64,000 nt of DNA, from contig CBDUPA010000001.1 in NCBI GenBank assembly GCA_965368975.1, forward strand, positions 448,001-512,000, read 5' to 3'. The notes under the pieces are model-generated. The model was not told the origin of the DNA and did no database searches. It saw nothing but the letters and a program-made list of their open reading frames with translations. Positions within the stretch are counted from its first letter, which is position 1. Each line of letters begins with the position of its first letter. Source of the DNA: an uncultured bacterium. GTDB lineage: Bacteria; Acidobacteriota; Thermoanaerobaculia; Multivoradales; JAHZIX01. Positions 17,281 through 26,029 of the stretch are shown here, in pieces. The position numbers and the translations under genes are program-made.

Positions 17281-19545
17281 CTACGGACAGGTCGCGAACG
17301 CCCGTGCGTCCGTGATCGCCGCCGCGGACGTACCCAGCGGGTTGAAGTACGTCATCTTCTCGCCGGTTTCCGTATCTGTGACCTCGATCACGTACTCGAC
17401 GTTCGTGGTCGCGCCAGCGAAGACCCAGTAGTGACCATTGTTGCCGCAGCCGTTGATGACTTTGACCAGCATCTCCCAGTTGGTCGACTGGAAGAACCAG
17501 AAGAGTCCCGAGTCACTGGTGCCTTCGGCGGCTACCTTGCCTTCGCCGATACGGTTGCCGAAGTCGCGCCAAGTGATCTTGACGCGGAAGCGGTCGTTGT
17601 TCAGGCACATCGTCGTGGCATCGGGCGTGCACAGCTCGGCTTCCGCCGGCGGTGCGCCGCCGAGCTCACCGCTGAAGTAGCGGTTGGCATGCTCGAACGC
17701 TTCGGGCCCGATCACTGCGCCCATCAGGCGGCCGGGGATGTCGTCGGCCGTCGGGTGGATGCCGCCGTAGATGCGCGAGATGCTGGTTTCGTCGGAGGCA
17801 TCCCGGTAGGTCGCCCACTGCAGCGTCACATCGACGCTCGGGCCTTCCTCGAACACCAGGAACTCGTTCTGCGGCGCCAGAAACTCACCTACACCACCCG
17901 GGAAGTAGGCGTCGCCGGTGAACAGGGTCATGACCTCGGCGGCAGCGCGCGAGTAGGTCGAGTGACCGGAGACGTAGCCGGCGAAGGGCGGCGTGACGAA
18001 GCTCGGGCGCTGGTAGGGCCACCAGTTCTCCGCCAGGATCCAATCGACGCCGGCGGTGTCGGTCTCGGGGTCGACGATGAAATCTGGGCCGCGCCAAGCG
18101 TAGATGGCGATCTTGCCGACGTTGCTGTTGGCGAAGCCGGCCAGGTGCTCGTGACGTTCTCCCGGCTGGACGCTCTGCTCGGTCACCAGCTCGATGACTC
18201 CGGGCTTGAGGGTGATGCCGTGCGGATCGTAGGAGGGAAGGCCGGGGTCAGAACTCTGGCCCTTGCCGGCCATGTAGCGGATGGCCGAGATGGGACGGAT
18301 GTAGTCGTACCAGCCCTTGGCGCCCCAAGCCGCGATCGCCACGTCGTGCATGGTGCCACCGAGCGTCAGGTACAGCTTGACGTCCCACTCCAGATCCGGC
18401 AACACCGGGCCGACACCTCCCAACTGCTTGACCACCTGCGGGTGATCCGAAACGTAGTTGGCGATGGTGAACCAGTGGCCGGGTGGAGTCTCGGAGTCCG
18501 GGCCGTCGGCCCAGAACTCGGCCAGCACGCGGTAGTAGTCACCGGCGGGGACAATCTGTGGCGTGTACGGTTGGCCGGTCGCCGGGTTGACGTCGTGGCC
18601 GTCGCCGTTGTTGGTGCCCAGATCGCTGTCACCGCGCGACGCTGGGCTGATGTCGATCATCACACCATCGGCGGGGTCGAGAAAGCCGCTCCACTCGACG
18701 ACTTGCTCGAAGCCAGTCTTGTACAGGGCGTCATCCTCGGTGCCGATGTACGGTGGTGGGCCTGGATCGTGGTAGACCCAGTATTCGAAGCCGTCGCGCT
18801 CGTAGATGGTGAGATCGTCCGAGCCGAGGGAGAAGGGGGTGACCTGGCCCCATTCCGGGCTCAGGAACTCCGGTGAGCCACCGGGGATGATGTTGCCACC
18901 CTGGTCGACGAAGAACTCGAGCGCTAGCGGCTGCCAGCGGTTGGGGTTGACGATGTCGCCGACGCCCGGCACTGCCGGTACGAGCGGCGGATTGATCGGT
19001 TCGTAGTACTGGTTTGCGAACTCCCCCCGCTCATTGGCGCCGTCGGAGAGGCCGAAGACGATGTAGGTCAGAGCGATGCGGTTGCCCAGCGCGGCCGCGG
19101 TGTTGCCCTGCGTCGAGGTGAACGACTTGTCGTACCCCAGCGCTGCCATGCGCGCGTCGAACGACGCCAGGGCCGTATCGTTTCCCGGCGAGCTGGCGAA
19201 GCGCCAGCGCAGCAGACGGTAGGCCGCGAAACTGATCGCTTCGTCCCGGTCCGCCGGGATGTTGGCCGAGGTCGCCTTCTCGTGGTGGAGGAACGTGCCG
19301 GCAGTCGCATCGTAGGCGGCCCAGGCGTCGTACATGGCGGCCGAGACGTGGAAGAGGTTGCGCGCGTGCGTCGTTGGTCGAGCCAGGTCGGTGCGGATGG
19401 CGTCGAGCAACTCGTCGTTCCACTGTCGCGCCACGGAGTGTTGAGCCTCGGCGGGCTGTGCGCCGATGGTCAGCGGTGCCAGCAGCAGCGCGAGTGCCAA
19501 CCATCCCGCGAGGCAGTTGAAGTTTTGACGGACGATTCTCTGCAT
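17281..19545 (-). CDS. Secreted vanadium-dependent haloperoxidase family protein with acidobacterial C-terminal domain
   Basis: Signal peptide; vanadate-site motifs KGWYDYIRP, PPFAGYVSGHS and SRIYGGIH; C-terminal CLNNDRF...GLFWFF...LVKV..GC..NGHYWVF domain. Confidence 0.88.
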   Translation of the reverse strand: MQRIVRQNFNCLAGWLALALLLAPLTIGAQPAEAQHSVARQWNDELLDAIRTDLARPTTHARNLFHVSAAMYDAWAAYDATAGTFLHHEKATSANIPADRDEAISFAAYRLLRWRFASSPGNDTALASFDARMAALGYDKSFTSTQGNTAAALGNRIALTYIVFGLSDGANERGEFANQYYEPINPPLVPAVPGVGDIVNPNRWQPLALEFFVDQGGNIIPGGSPEFLSPEWGQVTPFSLGSDDLTIYERDGFEYWVYHDPGPPPYIGTEDDALYKTGFEQVVEWSGFLDPADGVMIDISPASRGDSDLGTNNGDGHDVNPATGQPYTPQIVPAGDYYRVLAEFWADGPDSETPPGHWFTIANYVSDHPQVVKQLGGVGPVLPDLEWDVKLYLTLGGTMHDVAIAAWGAKGWYDYIRPISAIRYMAGKGQSSDPGLPSYDPHGITLKPGVIELVTEQSVQPGERHEHLAGFANSNVGKIAIYAWRGPDFIVDPETDTAGVDWILAENWWPYQRPSFVTPPFAGYVSGHSTYSRAAAEVMTLFTGDAYFPGGVGEFLAPQNEFLVFEEGPSVDVTLQWATYRDASDETSISRIYGGIHPTADDIPGRLMGAVIGPEAFEHANRYFSGELGGAPPAEAELCTPDATTMCLNNDRFRVKITWRDFGNRIGEGKVAAEGTSDSGLFWFFQSTNWEMLVKVINGCGNNGHYWVFAGATTNVEYVIEVTDTETGEKMTYFNPLGTSAAAITDARAFATCP

Positions 19546-19699
19546 CTCGATATCCTCCTTGGGAGACCTCGGGCTGATCCGTTTCCAGCTTAGATTCAGT
19601 TCAAGTCAACCCTGCCATTCTAGACCAACGCCTCTTGAGCCACACAGCGAGGGCAAGGGGCCCGGGCGTGGATTTGGGAAGGTGCGCTAGCATCGGCGC

Positions 19700-20866
19700 A
19701 TGTTCCTCCTCGACGACCCCTATGTCTCCGATTTCCTGCGCGATACCGCTCTCACCTCTGGCGCTCCGGTGCTCGAGACCGACATGGCTCGCCGGCTCTT
19801 CGGTACGGCGGCGTCCTGTCTGCTCGACGCTGCCGCCTTCGCCGAACAAGCCCATCGTCCTGGGGCGCGGCTGTACTCGAATTCCGAGAATGCCCTCGAG
19901 TGGGTGTTCCAGCATCTCGACGACACCGACCTGCCGCGCCACATTCGTCTCTTCAAGGACAAGGTCGCCTTCCGGCGCCTCGTCGAGCCGTTGTTTCCCG
20001 ACTACGTCTACCGCGAAGTCCTGCTCGCTGACTTGGACTCACTCGACCCGAGCACGCTGCCCAAGCCCTTCGTCATCAAGCCCGCTGTCGGCTTCTTCAG
20101 CCTCGGCGTCCACGTCGTCGAGAGCGACGAGGCCTGGCCGGTGGTCAAGGACAAGCTGCTGCGTCAGGTCGAGCGCTCCAAGGACATCTACCCTGGACAG
20201 GTCCTGGGGTTGGAGCGCTTCGTCGTCGAGCAGGGGATCGAGGGCGAGGAGTTCGCCGTCGACGCTTACTTCGACGCGGACGGGGAGCCGGTGATCGTCG
20301 GTGCTCTTGCACACATGTTCGCCGACGCGCACGACGTCAGCGACCGCGTGTACACCAGCTCTCCAGCCCTGGTTGAAAGGCTGCATGGGCCAGTGAAGGA
20401 GTTTCTGCGCCAGGTAGCTGAGCTGGCGCAGCTACGAGATTTTCCCGTCCACGTCGAGGTGCGCATCGACGATACCGGGAAACTGCTGCCGATCGAGATC
20501 AATGCCCTGCGCTTCGGCGGCTGGTGTGCCACCGACATGGCCTGGCACGCCTTTGGTGTGAATCCCTATCTCGCTTACTTGCGCGACGAGCGTCCGGACT
20601 GGGATCGGATCGCTGAAGAACGAGCGGGGCGCGAATTTGCGCTGGTGGTGGCTGATCTGAGCGTCGAGGTGGACCGCGAGCGGATCGCGTCGGTCGACTA
20701 TGAAGCTTTCGTGTCGCGGTTCCGGAAGCCGCTCGAGCTGCGCCGCGTCGACTATCGGAAGTACCCGGTGTTCGCCTTTCTCTTCGTCGAGGTGGTGGAT
20801 GGGGACTTTTCGGAGCTGCGGGCGGTGTTGGGGGAGGATCTGAGCGGGTACTTGCGGCTGGCGTGA
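19700..20866 (+). CDS. ATP-grasp domain protein
   Basis: KDKVAFR, PFVIKPAVGFFS, EQGIEGEEFAVD and IEINALRFGG motifs. Confidence 0.85.
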   Translation: MFLLDDPYVSDFLRDTALTSGAPVLETDMARRLFGTAASCLLDAAAFAEQAHRPGARLYSNSENALEWVFQHLDDTDLPRHIRLFKDKVAFRRLVEPLFPDYVYREVLLADLDSLDPSTLPKPFVIKPAVGFFSLGVHVVESDEAWPVVKDKLLRQVERSKDIYPGQVLGLERFVVEQGIEGEEFAVDAYFDADGEPVIVGALAHMFADAHDVSDRVYTSSPALVERLHGPVKEFLRQVAELAQLRDFPVHVEVRIDDTGKLLPIEINALRFGGWCATDMAWHAFGVNPYLAYLRDERPDWDRIAEERAGREFALVVADLSVEVDRERIASVDYEAFVSRFRKPLELRRVDYRKYPVFAFLFVEVVDGDFSELRAVLGEDLSGYLRLA

Positions 20867-20911
20867 CGAGCGGCCCGGACGATCATCGTGACCGTCCAGG
20901 CCGGCCTAGGA

Positions 20912-23413
20912 TCAGTAAGTAATCTCGAGGCTGGGGACGTAGGAAGACTCACGGCTGTAGTACCAGAGCCCGACCGTGTCCGCCGCCGTCAGGCCGATCG
21001 TGTAGGTGCCGTTGCCCGTGACGATGCTACTGACGTCGAACTCCACCCACGTGCTGGCCGGCAAGGCGCCGGTAGCGTACTGGGTGTAGAAGTACAGCGG
21101 TGCGTTGTTCCAGGTGATCGTGTTCTCGCTCCAGCTCGTGTCCACGATCCAGTAGAGGCGTGAGCTGGGGAACGCCTTGGTGCCCGTACGGATACGCACC
21201 TTGGCTGACTGCACGGGCCGAGTGACACCGGAAACCGTGAACTTCAGGTAGCCGGAAGCGCCCAGACCGGACGACGCGCTGCGCACGGTGATGCTCGTGC
21301 TGGCGCCGTAGTTGCGGGTCGGTAGCGGCTGATAGACCCAGGCGTCGGAGATGACCGGGAAGCTCGCGCTTGTGATGTTGTTGATGTAGAACCGGCGGCT
21401 GAATACCTTGCTGGACCCGTGCACGTCCGTTGCGGTGGCGTAGAAGTAGTGCCAGCCGTTGGTGAACGCGTTGGTGTTGAGCGTGCCGCTCCAGCCGACG
21501 TAGGGGCAATTGGGGTCGTTCAGGTCACTGTGCGCGTTGCACACATCGGCCCTATGCGTGCCGTAGACGAAGCCACCGAGTGTCACCGGCGTGGTGTCGA
21601 CCTTGAAGGTCATCGAAGCGACTCCCGAGGCGTCCGTCGCCCAGCCGTGGGCGAAGAAGTTCCCAGAGACGACTTGCTGGTGCGTCGGACGATCGACGAA
21701 CAGCCGCGGCGGGTCGTTCTCGACCACGGTCACCCGGATCGTGTGCTGCGCCTTCTTGCCGCCGCTGTCCTGGACGGTGGCGGTCAGGAGGTGATCGCCT
21801 AGCGTCGTCAGTTGGACCGAGATCGGAGTGCCCGTGCCCAGAGTATTCTGCACGTCAGAGCGCCACTGCACAGAGGCGCCGAGGTTGCCGTTCTCTGGGT
21901 CACTGGCGCTGGCGGCCAGGGTGAAGGGGGTGTTGATCCGCACCGTCGCGTTGGCCGTCGGACTGGTGATCTGGACGCTCGGCACGGCGTTGCCGTTGCC
22001 CGTGCGCAGCCCGGCGTAGGTCGAGGCACGCCCGTTGGCGACACATGCGTTGAAGGAACCGCCGTTGGCGGCATTCGTGTCCTCGCCGATCGCCACGTTG
22101 TACGGGGACGGGCTCAGGTCGGGATTGGAGAAGTAGGGAATGCGGCTGCAGACGCCGCCGACCGTACCATTGCTGGTGCAACCCATGACACTTGCGCCCC
22201 GGTGCAAGACCTGGCCGGAAGTACCCAGACGTTCGAACACATAACCGTAGGCATACGGCTTGACCGGCGTCGAGGAGGCGAAGGGATCGCCACGGTCGTG
22301 CTGCAGGCCGAGGGTATGCCCGAACTCGTGAGCATACGTGTGATCCGCGAAGCCACAGCCCTGTTCGTAGGCCATGTAGGTCTGGTCGGTGAACAGCGTC
22401 GCCGTGCCCTGCAGAACCTCCTGGCCGCTACCGTTGAGGTGCGGCAGGAAGGCGATTCCACAGTTGTTGTTGGGGTTCGGCGGAATCATCAACGACACCA
22501 TGTCGGCACCATGGTCGGCACGCAGTCGCTCCACTTCGGGGCGACGGTTGTTGAGGTTCCACATCCAGTTGCGTGCTTGGCTAGCGGTCAACTGCCCGCT
22601 GGATGTCGGGTGTTCTTCGGTCAGAGGCCCGGCGTAGACCAGGTTGTAGGTGATCTTGACCTGGCTGTTGGCGAAGATCGTGTTGGCCATCGCGATGTCC
22701 AGGTTGATGGAATCGAGAGCCGCCTGCTCCTGAGGACCGACGAAGTCGGGCATGTAGAGCGCCAGCACGTCGAGCCGGTAGTTGGTGGCCGGGACATTGC
22801 AGGCATCTGCCTTCTCGGCGGCGATCAGCGGTGCCGTCTGCTGTTGCACAGCTTCGACGCCACAGCCGTCGTGCTGCGCGCCCTCCGTGCGCACCAGGCG
22901 ATGAATTCCGCCTGCCGCCGGCGTGATGTGGTAGTGCACACCTTCCGGTGTTTGCAGCGTCCCCATCACGCGCCCCTCGGTGTAGCTGAGCAAGACATAG
23001 CCGTTGCGCAGCGTAGCCTCGGCCTCGTTACGGCTGGATCTGGAATCGGCCTCTGCGTCCAGAATGCCGTACCAGCTGAAGTGATCTTCATCGACCTGGG
23101 TCCAGCGTGAGCGCAGGGCTTCCAGCGATGTTCCGCCCGGCACGTCGAGCGCGAGGCGCTCCGGGTTGAGGGCGAGCAGTTCGGAGTCCAGGTAGATGGC
23201 GAACTGCTCGGCGATATTCTGAACGGTGTAGCCAGCATCGTCCAGGTCCGCCTTGGCTGGGTTGAGGGTGTACAGCGGGGTGCTCGCTTGGGCCAGCAGA
23301 GCCGGGCCCGTGGACAGCGACGCGAAGAGGATGAAGGTGAGTCCGAGCGTCAGACGGAAAGTCCGGGCGCTGCGTGGTGGAGGTGGATACTTCGAGAAGG
23401 ATTTTGATTCCAT
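20912..23413 (-). CDS. Secreted M12/reprolysin-like zinc metalloprotease with Ig-like and DNRLRE/CBM96-like domains
   Basis: HEFGHTLGLQH zinc motif; SVMG Met-turn; YFSNP; C-terminal SDAWV...RNYG...GYLKF domain. Confidence 0.88.
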   Translation of the reverse strand: MESKSFSKYPPPPRSARTFRLTLGLTFILFASLSTGPALLAQASTPLYTLNPAKADLDDAGYTVQNIAEQFAIYLDSELLALNPERLALDVPGGTSLEALRSRWTQVDEDHFSWYGILDAEADSRSSRNEAEATLRNGYVLLSYTEGRVMGTLQTPEGVHYHITPAAGGIHRLVRTEGAQHDGCGVEAVQQQTAPLIAAEKADACNVPATNYRLDVLALYMPDFVGPQEQAALDSINLDIAMANTIFANSQVKITYNLVYAGPLTEEHPTSSGQLTASQARNWMWNLNNRRPEVERLRADHGADMVSLMIPPNPNNNCGIAFLPHLNGSGQEVLQGTATLFTDQTYMAYEQGCGFADHTYAHEFGHTLGLQHDRGDPFASSTPVKPYAYGYVFERLGTSGQVLHRGASVMGCTSNGTVGGVCSRIPYFSNPDLSPSPYNVAIGEDTNAANGGSFNACVANGRASTYAGLRTGNGNAVPSVQITSPTANATVRINTPFTLAASASDPENGNLGASVQWRSDVQNTLGTGTPISVQLTTLGDHLLTATVQDSGGKKAQHTIRVTVVENDPPRLFVDRPTHQQVVSGNFFAHGWATDASGVASMTFKVDTTPVTLGGFVYGTHRADVCNAHSDLNDPNCPYVGWSGTLNTNAFTNGWHYFYATATDVHGSSKVFSRRFYINNITSASFPVISDAWVYQPLPTRNYGASTSITVRSASSGLGASGYLKFTVSGVTRPVQSAKVRIRTGTKAFPSSRLYWIVDTSWSENTITWNNAPLYFYTQYATGALPASTWVEFDVSSIVTGNGTYTIGLTAADTVGLWYYSRESSYVPSLEITY

Positions 23414-23625
23414 GACATCTTCCTTTCCAGGCTCTGTTCAGAGCACTTGGGTAGACTTGATGTCAGTGGATACGAAGACTTCGCGAGCGAGTGTTGTGAG
23501 AATTTGTAAAAAGAAATGTTTTTACTTGTTTTCACAGGAAGGCCGTGAGATGTACGCGGTTGTGACGTGGACTGGTGGCTTGTGTGACCTGGACTGGTGG
23601 CTTGCCTGGCTGAGTTGGGTCGAGG

Positions 23626-23815
23626 GCGGACTCGCGCTCGATCGACCTCTCTCACGCCTCGACTCCGAGCACCTGGAAGTTCGCTGCTTGCCCCGTTAGG
23701 ACGACCTTCAGTGGCGCTCTGAGTTTGGCCTTCAACTCAGCAATGCCGACGAGTGCCGGTGGGCGAGGTACGGTGCTCATGACTGGACGCTAGTCATTTA
23801 TGGCCAGGCTGGCAA
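23626..23815 (-). pseudogene. Internally deleted remnant of the downstream antitoxin-toxin locus
   Basis: 23626-23694 matches 25207-25280 (toxin 3' end) and 23721-23815 matches 25877-25970 (antitoxin 5' end and promoter). Confidence 0.85.
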
Positions 23816-23956
23816 AGCCGGGTGGGAGTCGAGCAGGCCAAACGTAAGGCCCCTTACTTGGCGAAAGCCCGCGTTTAAGAATGAAGAGATCGTTCGCAAC
23901 CAGAAGGTGGGCACGTGGGCATGGGTGTGTTGCCGTGCATGTATAGGAGACTTGAG

Positions 23957-25183
23957 ATGAAGAGACTGTTGATGTTTCGATTTTCGCCAGAAAGCTTCAC
24001 GGTGGCCCTGTGCTGGCTCTTGTGCCTTGCTACTCCGATGCCGATGTCTGCGACGGGTGCCAGTGACCTGTTTGTCACGACGGTGCCAGTGAGGCTGCAC
24101 CATCCGCCGAATCTCGGCTTCTCGATCGAGCGAGTGGCTTTTGCCTCGGCAACAGGCGACTGTTCCGCCGAGTTCGTCAACGCTCTGATCGAAGACTTCG
24201 TTCGCAACGACGTAGCCGTCATCGAGCGCACGAGCATAGAGCGCATTCTCGAAGAGCTCGACTTCTCAGCTTCGGACTATGTGCAAGCGTCTGCTGACCA
24301 GTCGTTGGGAAGCCTGTTGGGAGCGAGTGCCTTGGTCTTTGTCGATGTCCTGAGGTGTGCCGACGAGCAGAGCAAAACGTACAAGAGGACACGCACCAGG
24401 GACGGGTCCTATACGACCTTCTACTCGACGACGAAGTTCTACTTCAAGAGTTCTCTGCGCATCGTGGACACCTTGACAGGCCGCGTCTTTTCCTCCAACG
24501 TCGTCGAGAGTTTCCGCGAGGACACCAATAGTTCGAGAGACGGCTACCCTGAGTTTCCGTCTGCCTACGAACTCCATGATGCTGCAGTCGAGGAGGCGGC
24601 ATTCAAGGTTCACCAGATGTTCTTTCCCTGGACGCAGATCGAACGCCTGCGTTTCTACAAGGACAGGCGGTGCGGTCTCAAAGATGCGTACCGGTTGGTC
24701 GAGATCTCCGATATCGAGGGCGCCAAGGAGAAGTCCTTGGCGAATCTCGAAGAATGCCGAGCTCAGGGACGAGAGAAGTCCATCTCCCGGGCGCTCTACA
24801 ACGTTGGTATGACGCACTTTCTGCTGACGGAGTACGAGAACGCCTTGGCCTACTTCGAGGAAGCACACCGCGTACGGCCGAACTCTCGGACGACTGAGGC
24901 GGTGAATACCTGCAAACGTGCCATGCAGTTGGCGGAGGACATGGCGTCCTACGAGGCGTTGGTAGCGGAACGTGCAGCTGAAGGAGGGCAGTGGCAGCCT
25001 TCGGCCCTCGCAGCCGTAGTGGCTCAGGGGCGAGATACTGACGAGGGCTCCACGACTGAAGCTGCCTCGGAAGGCAACTCAGCAGCCGAGCGGCTGCAGA
25101 AGCTGAAAGCTCTCTTTGACCAGGGGTTGATTACTGAAGGGGAATATGACGCCAAGAGGGCAGACATCCTGTCTGATCTCTAG
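23957..25183 (+). CDS. Exported CsgG/HfaB-like + TPR + SHOCT domain protein
   Basis: AGGAG RBS; signal peptide; VIERTSIERILEEL...LGSLLGA CsgG-like motif; TPR ALYNVG; C-terminal ERLQKLKALFDQGLITEGEYDAKR (SHOCT). Confidence 0.78.
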   Translation: MKRLLMFRFSPESFTVALCWLLCLATPMPMSATGASDLFVTTVPVRLHHPPNLGFSIERVAFASATGDCSAEFVNALIEDFVRNDVAVIERTSIERILEELDFSASDYVQASADQSLGSLLGASALVFVDVLRCADEQSKTYKRTRTRDGSYTTFYSTTKFYFKSSLRIVDTLTGRVFSSNVVESFREDTNSSRDGYPEFPSAYELHDAAVEEAAFKVHQMFFPWTQIERLRFYKDRRCGLKDAYRLVEISDIEGAKEKSLANLEECRAQGREKSISRALYNVGMTHFLLTEYENALAYFEEAHRVRPNSRTTEAVNTCKRAMQLAEDMASYEALVAERAAEGGQWQPSALAAVVAQGRDTDEGSTTEAASEGNSAAERLQKLKALFDQGLITEGEYDAKRADILSDL

Positions 25184-25237
25184 CTTTGGCGGAGCTGGCC
25201 CGAGCTGCGGACTCACGACCCGCTCGACTGACCTCTT

Positions 25238-25660
25238 TCACGCCTTGACTCCGAGCACCTGGAAGTTCGTTGCTTGCCCCGCGAGGGCCAGTTCTGCATC
25301 GTGCGTGGCCAGAATCAGTTCCGTGTTCGTCCGTTCCTGCCAAACCAGCGCACTCGCCAGGTGGATGGCATCGAGGGTGGCCAGGGTCGTGGGGAAAGGG
25401 AGAGAAGCACGGTCCAAGATTGCTGGTGTTGGTTCGACGACTTCGACGGTCTTCATCAATTGATAGACCAAGGCCCTCTTGCTCGCTAGGATCTTCTCGT
25501 CGAGCCGCGTGCGCTTCGACAGGCGATCCAGCGTTCGCAAGCACTCGACTTCGGTCAAGGCGCTGGTGACACCCTGAACCGTTCTGAAGTCGACGACCAG
25601 GGGATCAGCTTGCCCCAGGAGCCAGCGCAGGATGACCGAAGAATCCACGTAGAGGATCAT
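25238..25660 (-). CDS. vapC: PIN-domain toxin (VapC family)
   Basis: YVDSSV, TEVE, TLDAIHLASA and THD acidic PIN motifs; ATGA-coupled to the antitoxin. Confidence 0.88.
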   Translation of the reverse strand: MILYVDSSVILRWLLGQADPLVVDFRTVQGVTSALTEVECLRTLDRLSKRTRLDEKILASKRALVYQLMKTVEVVEPTPAILDRASLPFPTTLATLDAIHLASALVWQERTNTELILATHDAELALAGQATNFQVLGVKA

Positions 25661-25935
25661 CGATGCTTCTGGCGCTCTTCGAGCAAGAGTTCGACGATGT
25701 CGATCTCGGTCTCGACAGGAGGTCCGAAGTCGAGATCGGCTAGAGAACTGCCCGGCAACGGTTTCCGGACGCGCAGCGGTTCTTCGCTCCGGTAGGGGGC
25801 CAATGTTGCGACAGGCTTGTCCCGGTCGGTGACCGTGATCCTCTCGCCAGCTCTGACGGCGTAAAGATAATGGCTTAGTTTGGCCTTCAGCTCGGCGATT
25901 CCGACAAGTGCCGGTGGACGAGGTACGATGCTCAT
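25657..25935 (-). CDS. Phd/YefM family antitoxin
   Basis: VGIAELKAKLSHYL..VRAGERITVTDRDKPVA motif. Confidence 0.9.
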   Translation of the reverse strand: MSIVPRPPALVGIAELKAKLSHYLYAVRAGERITVTDRDKPVATLAPYRSEEPLRVRKPLPGSSLADLDFGPPVETEIDIVELLLEERQKHR

Positions 25936-25952
25936 GACTAGATGCTAGTCAT
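25934..25952. promoter_or_regulatory. Palindromic TA autoregulatory operator
   Basis: ATGACTAG-ATG-CTAGTCAT perfect inverted repeat overlapping the antitoxin start codon. Confidence 0.65.
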
Positions 25953-26029
25953 CTGTGGTCAGATTGTCAAAGAGACCTTTCGGCCGAGGGTATCACCTTC
26001 CAGCGAAAGGCCGTTTCGAGTCTTGATCC

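Noticed and set aside
19700-20866. ATP-grasp as a graspetide synthetase for the small peptides
   Set aside because: Not adjacent to either precursor; the cores are Cys/Thr-patterned and the leaders are not graspetide-like.
23626-25970. IS or transposon bounded by the repeats
   Set aside because: No transposase or integrase; the repeats are TA-gene derived rather than terminal inverted repeats.
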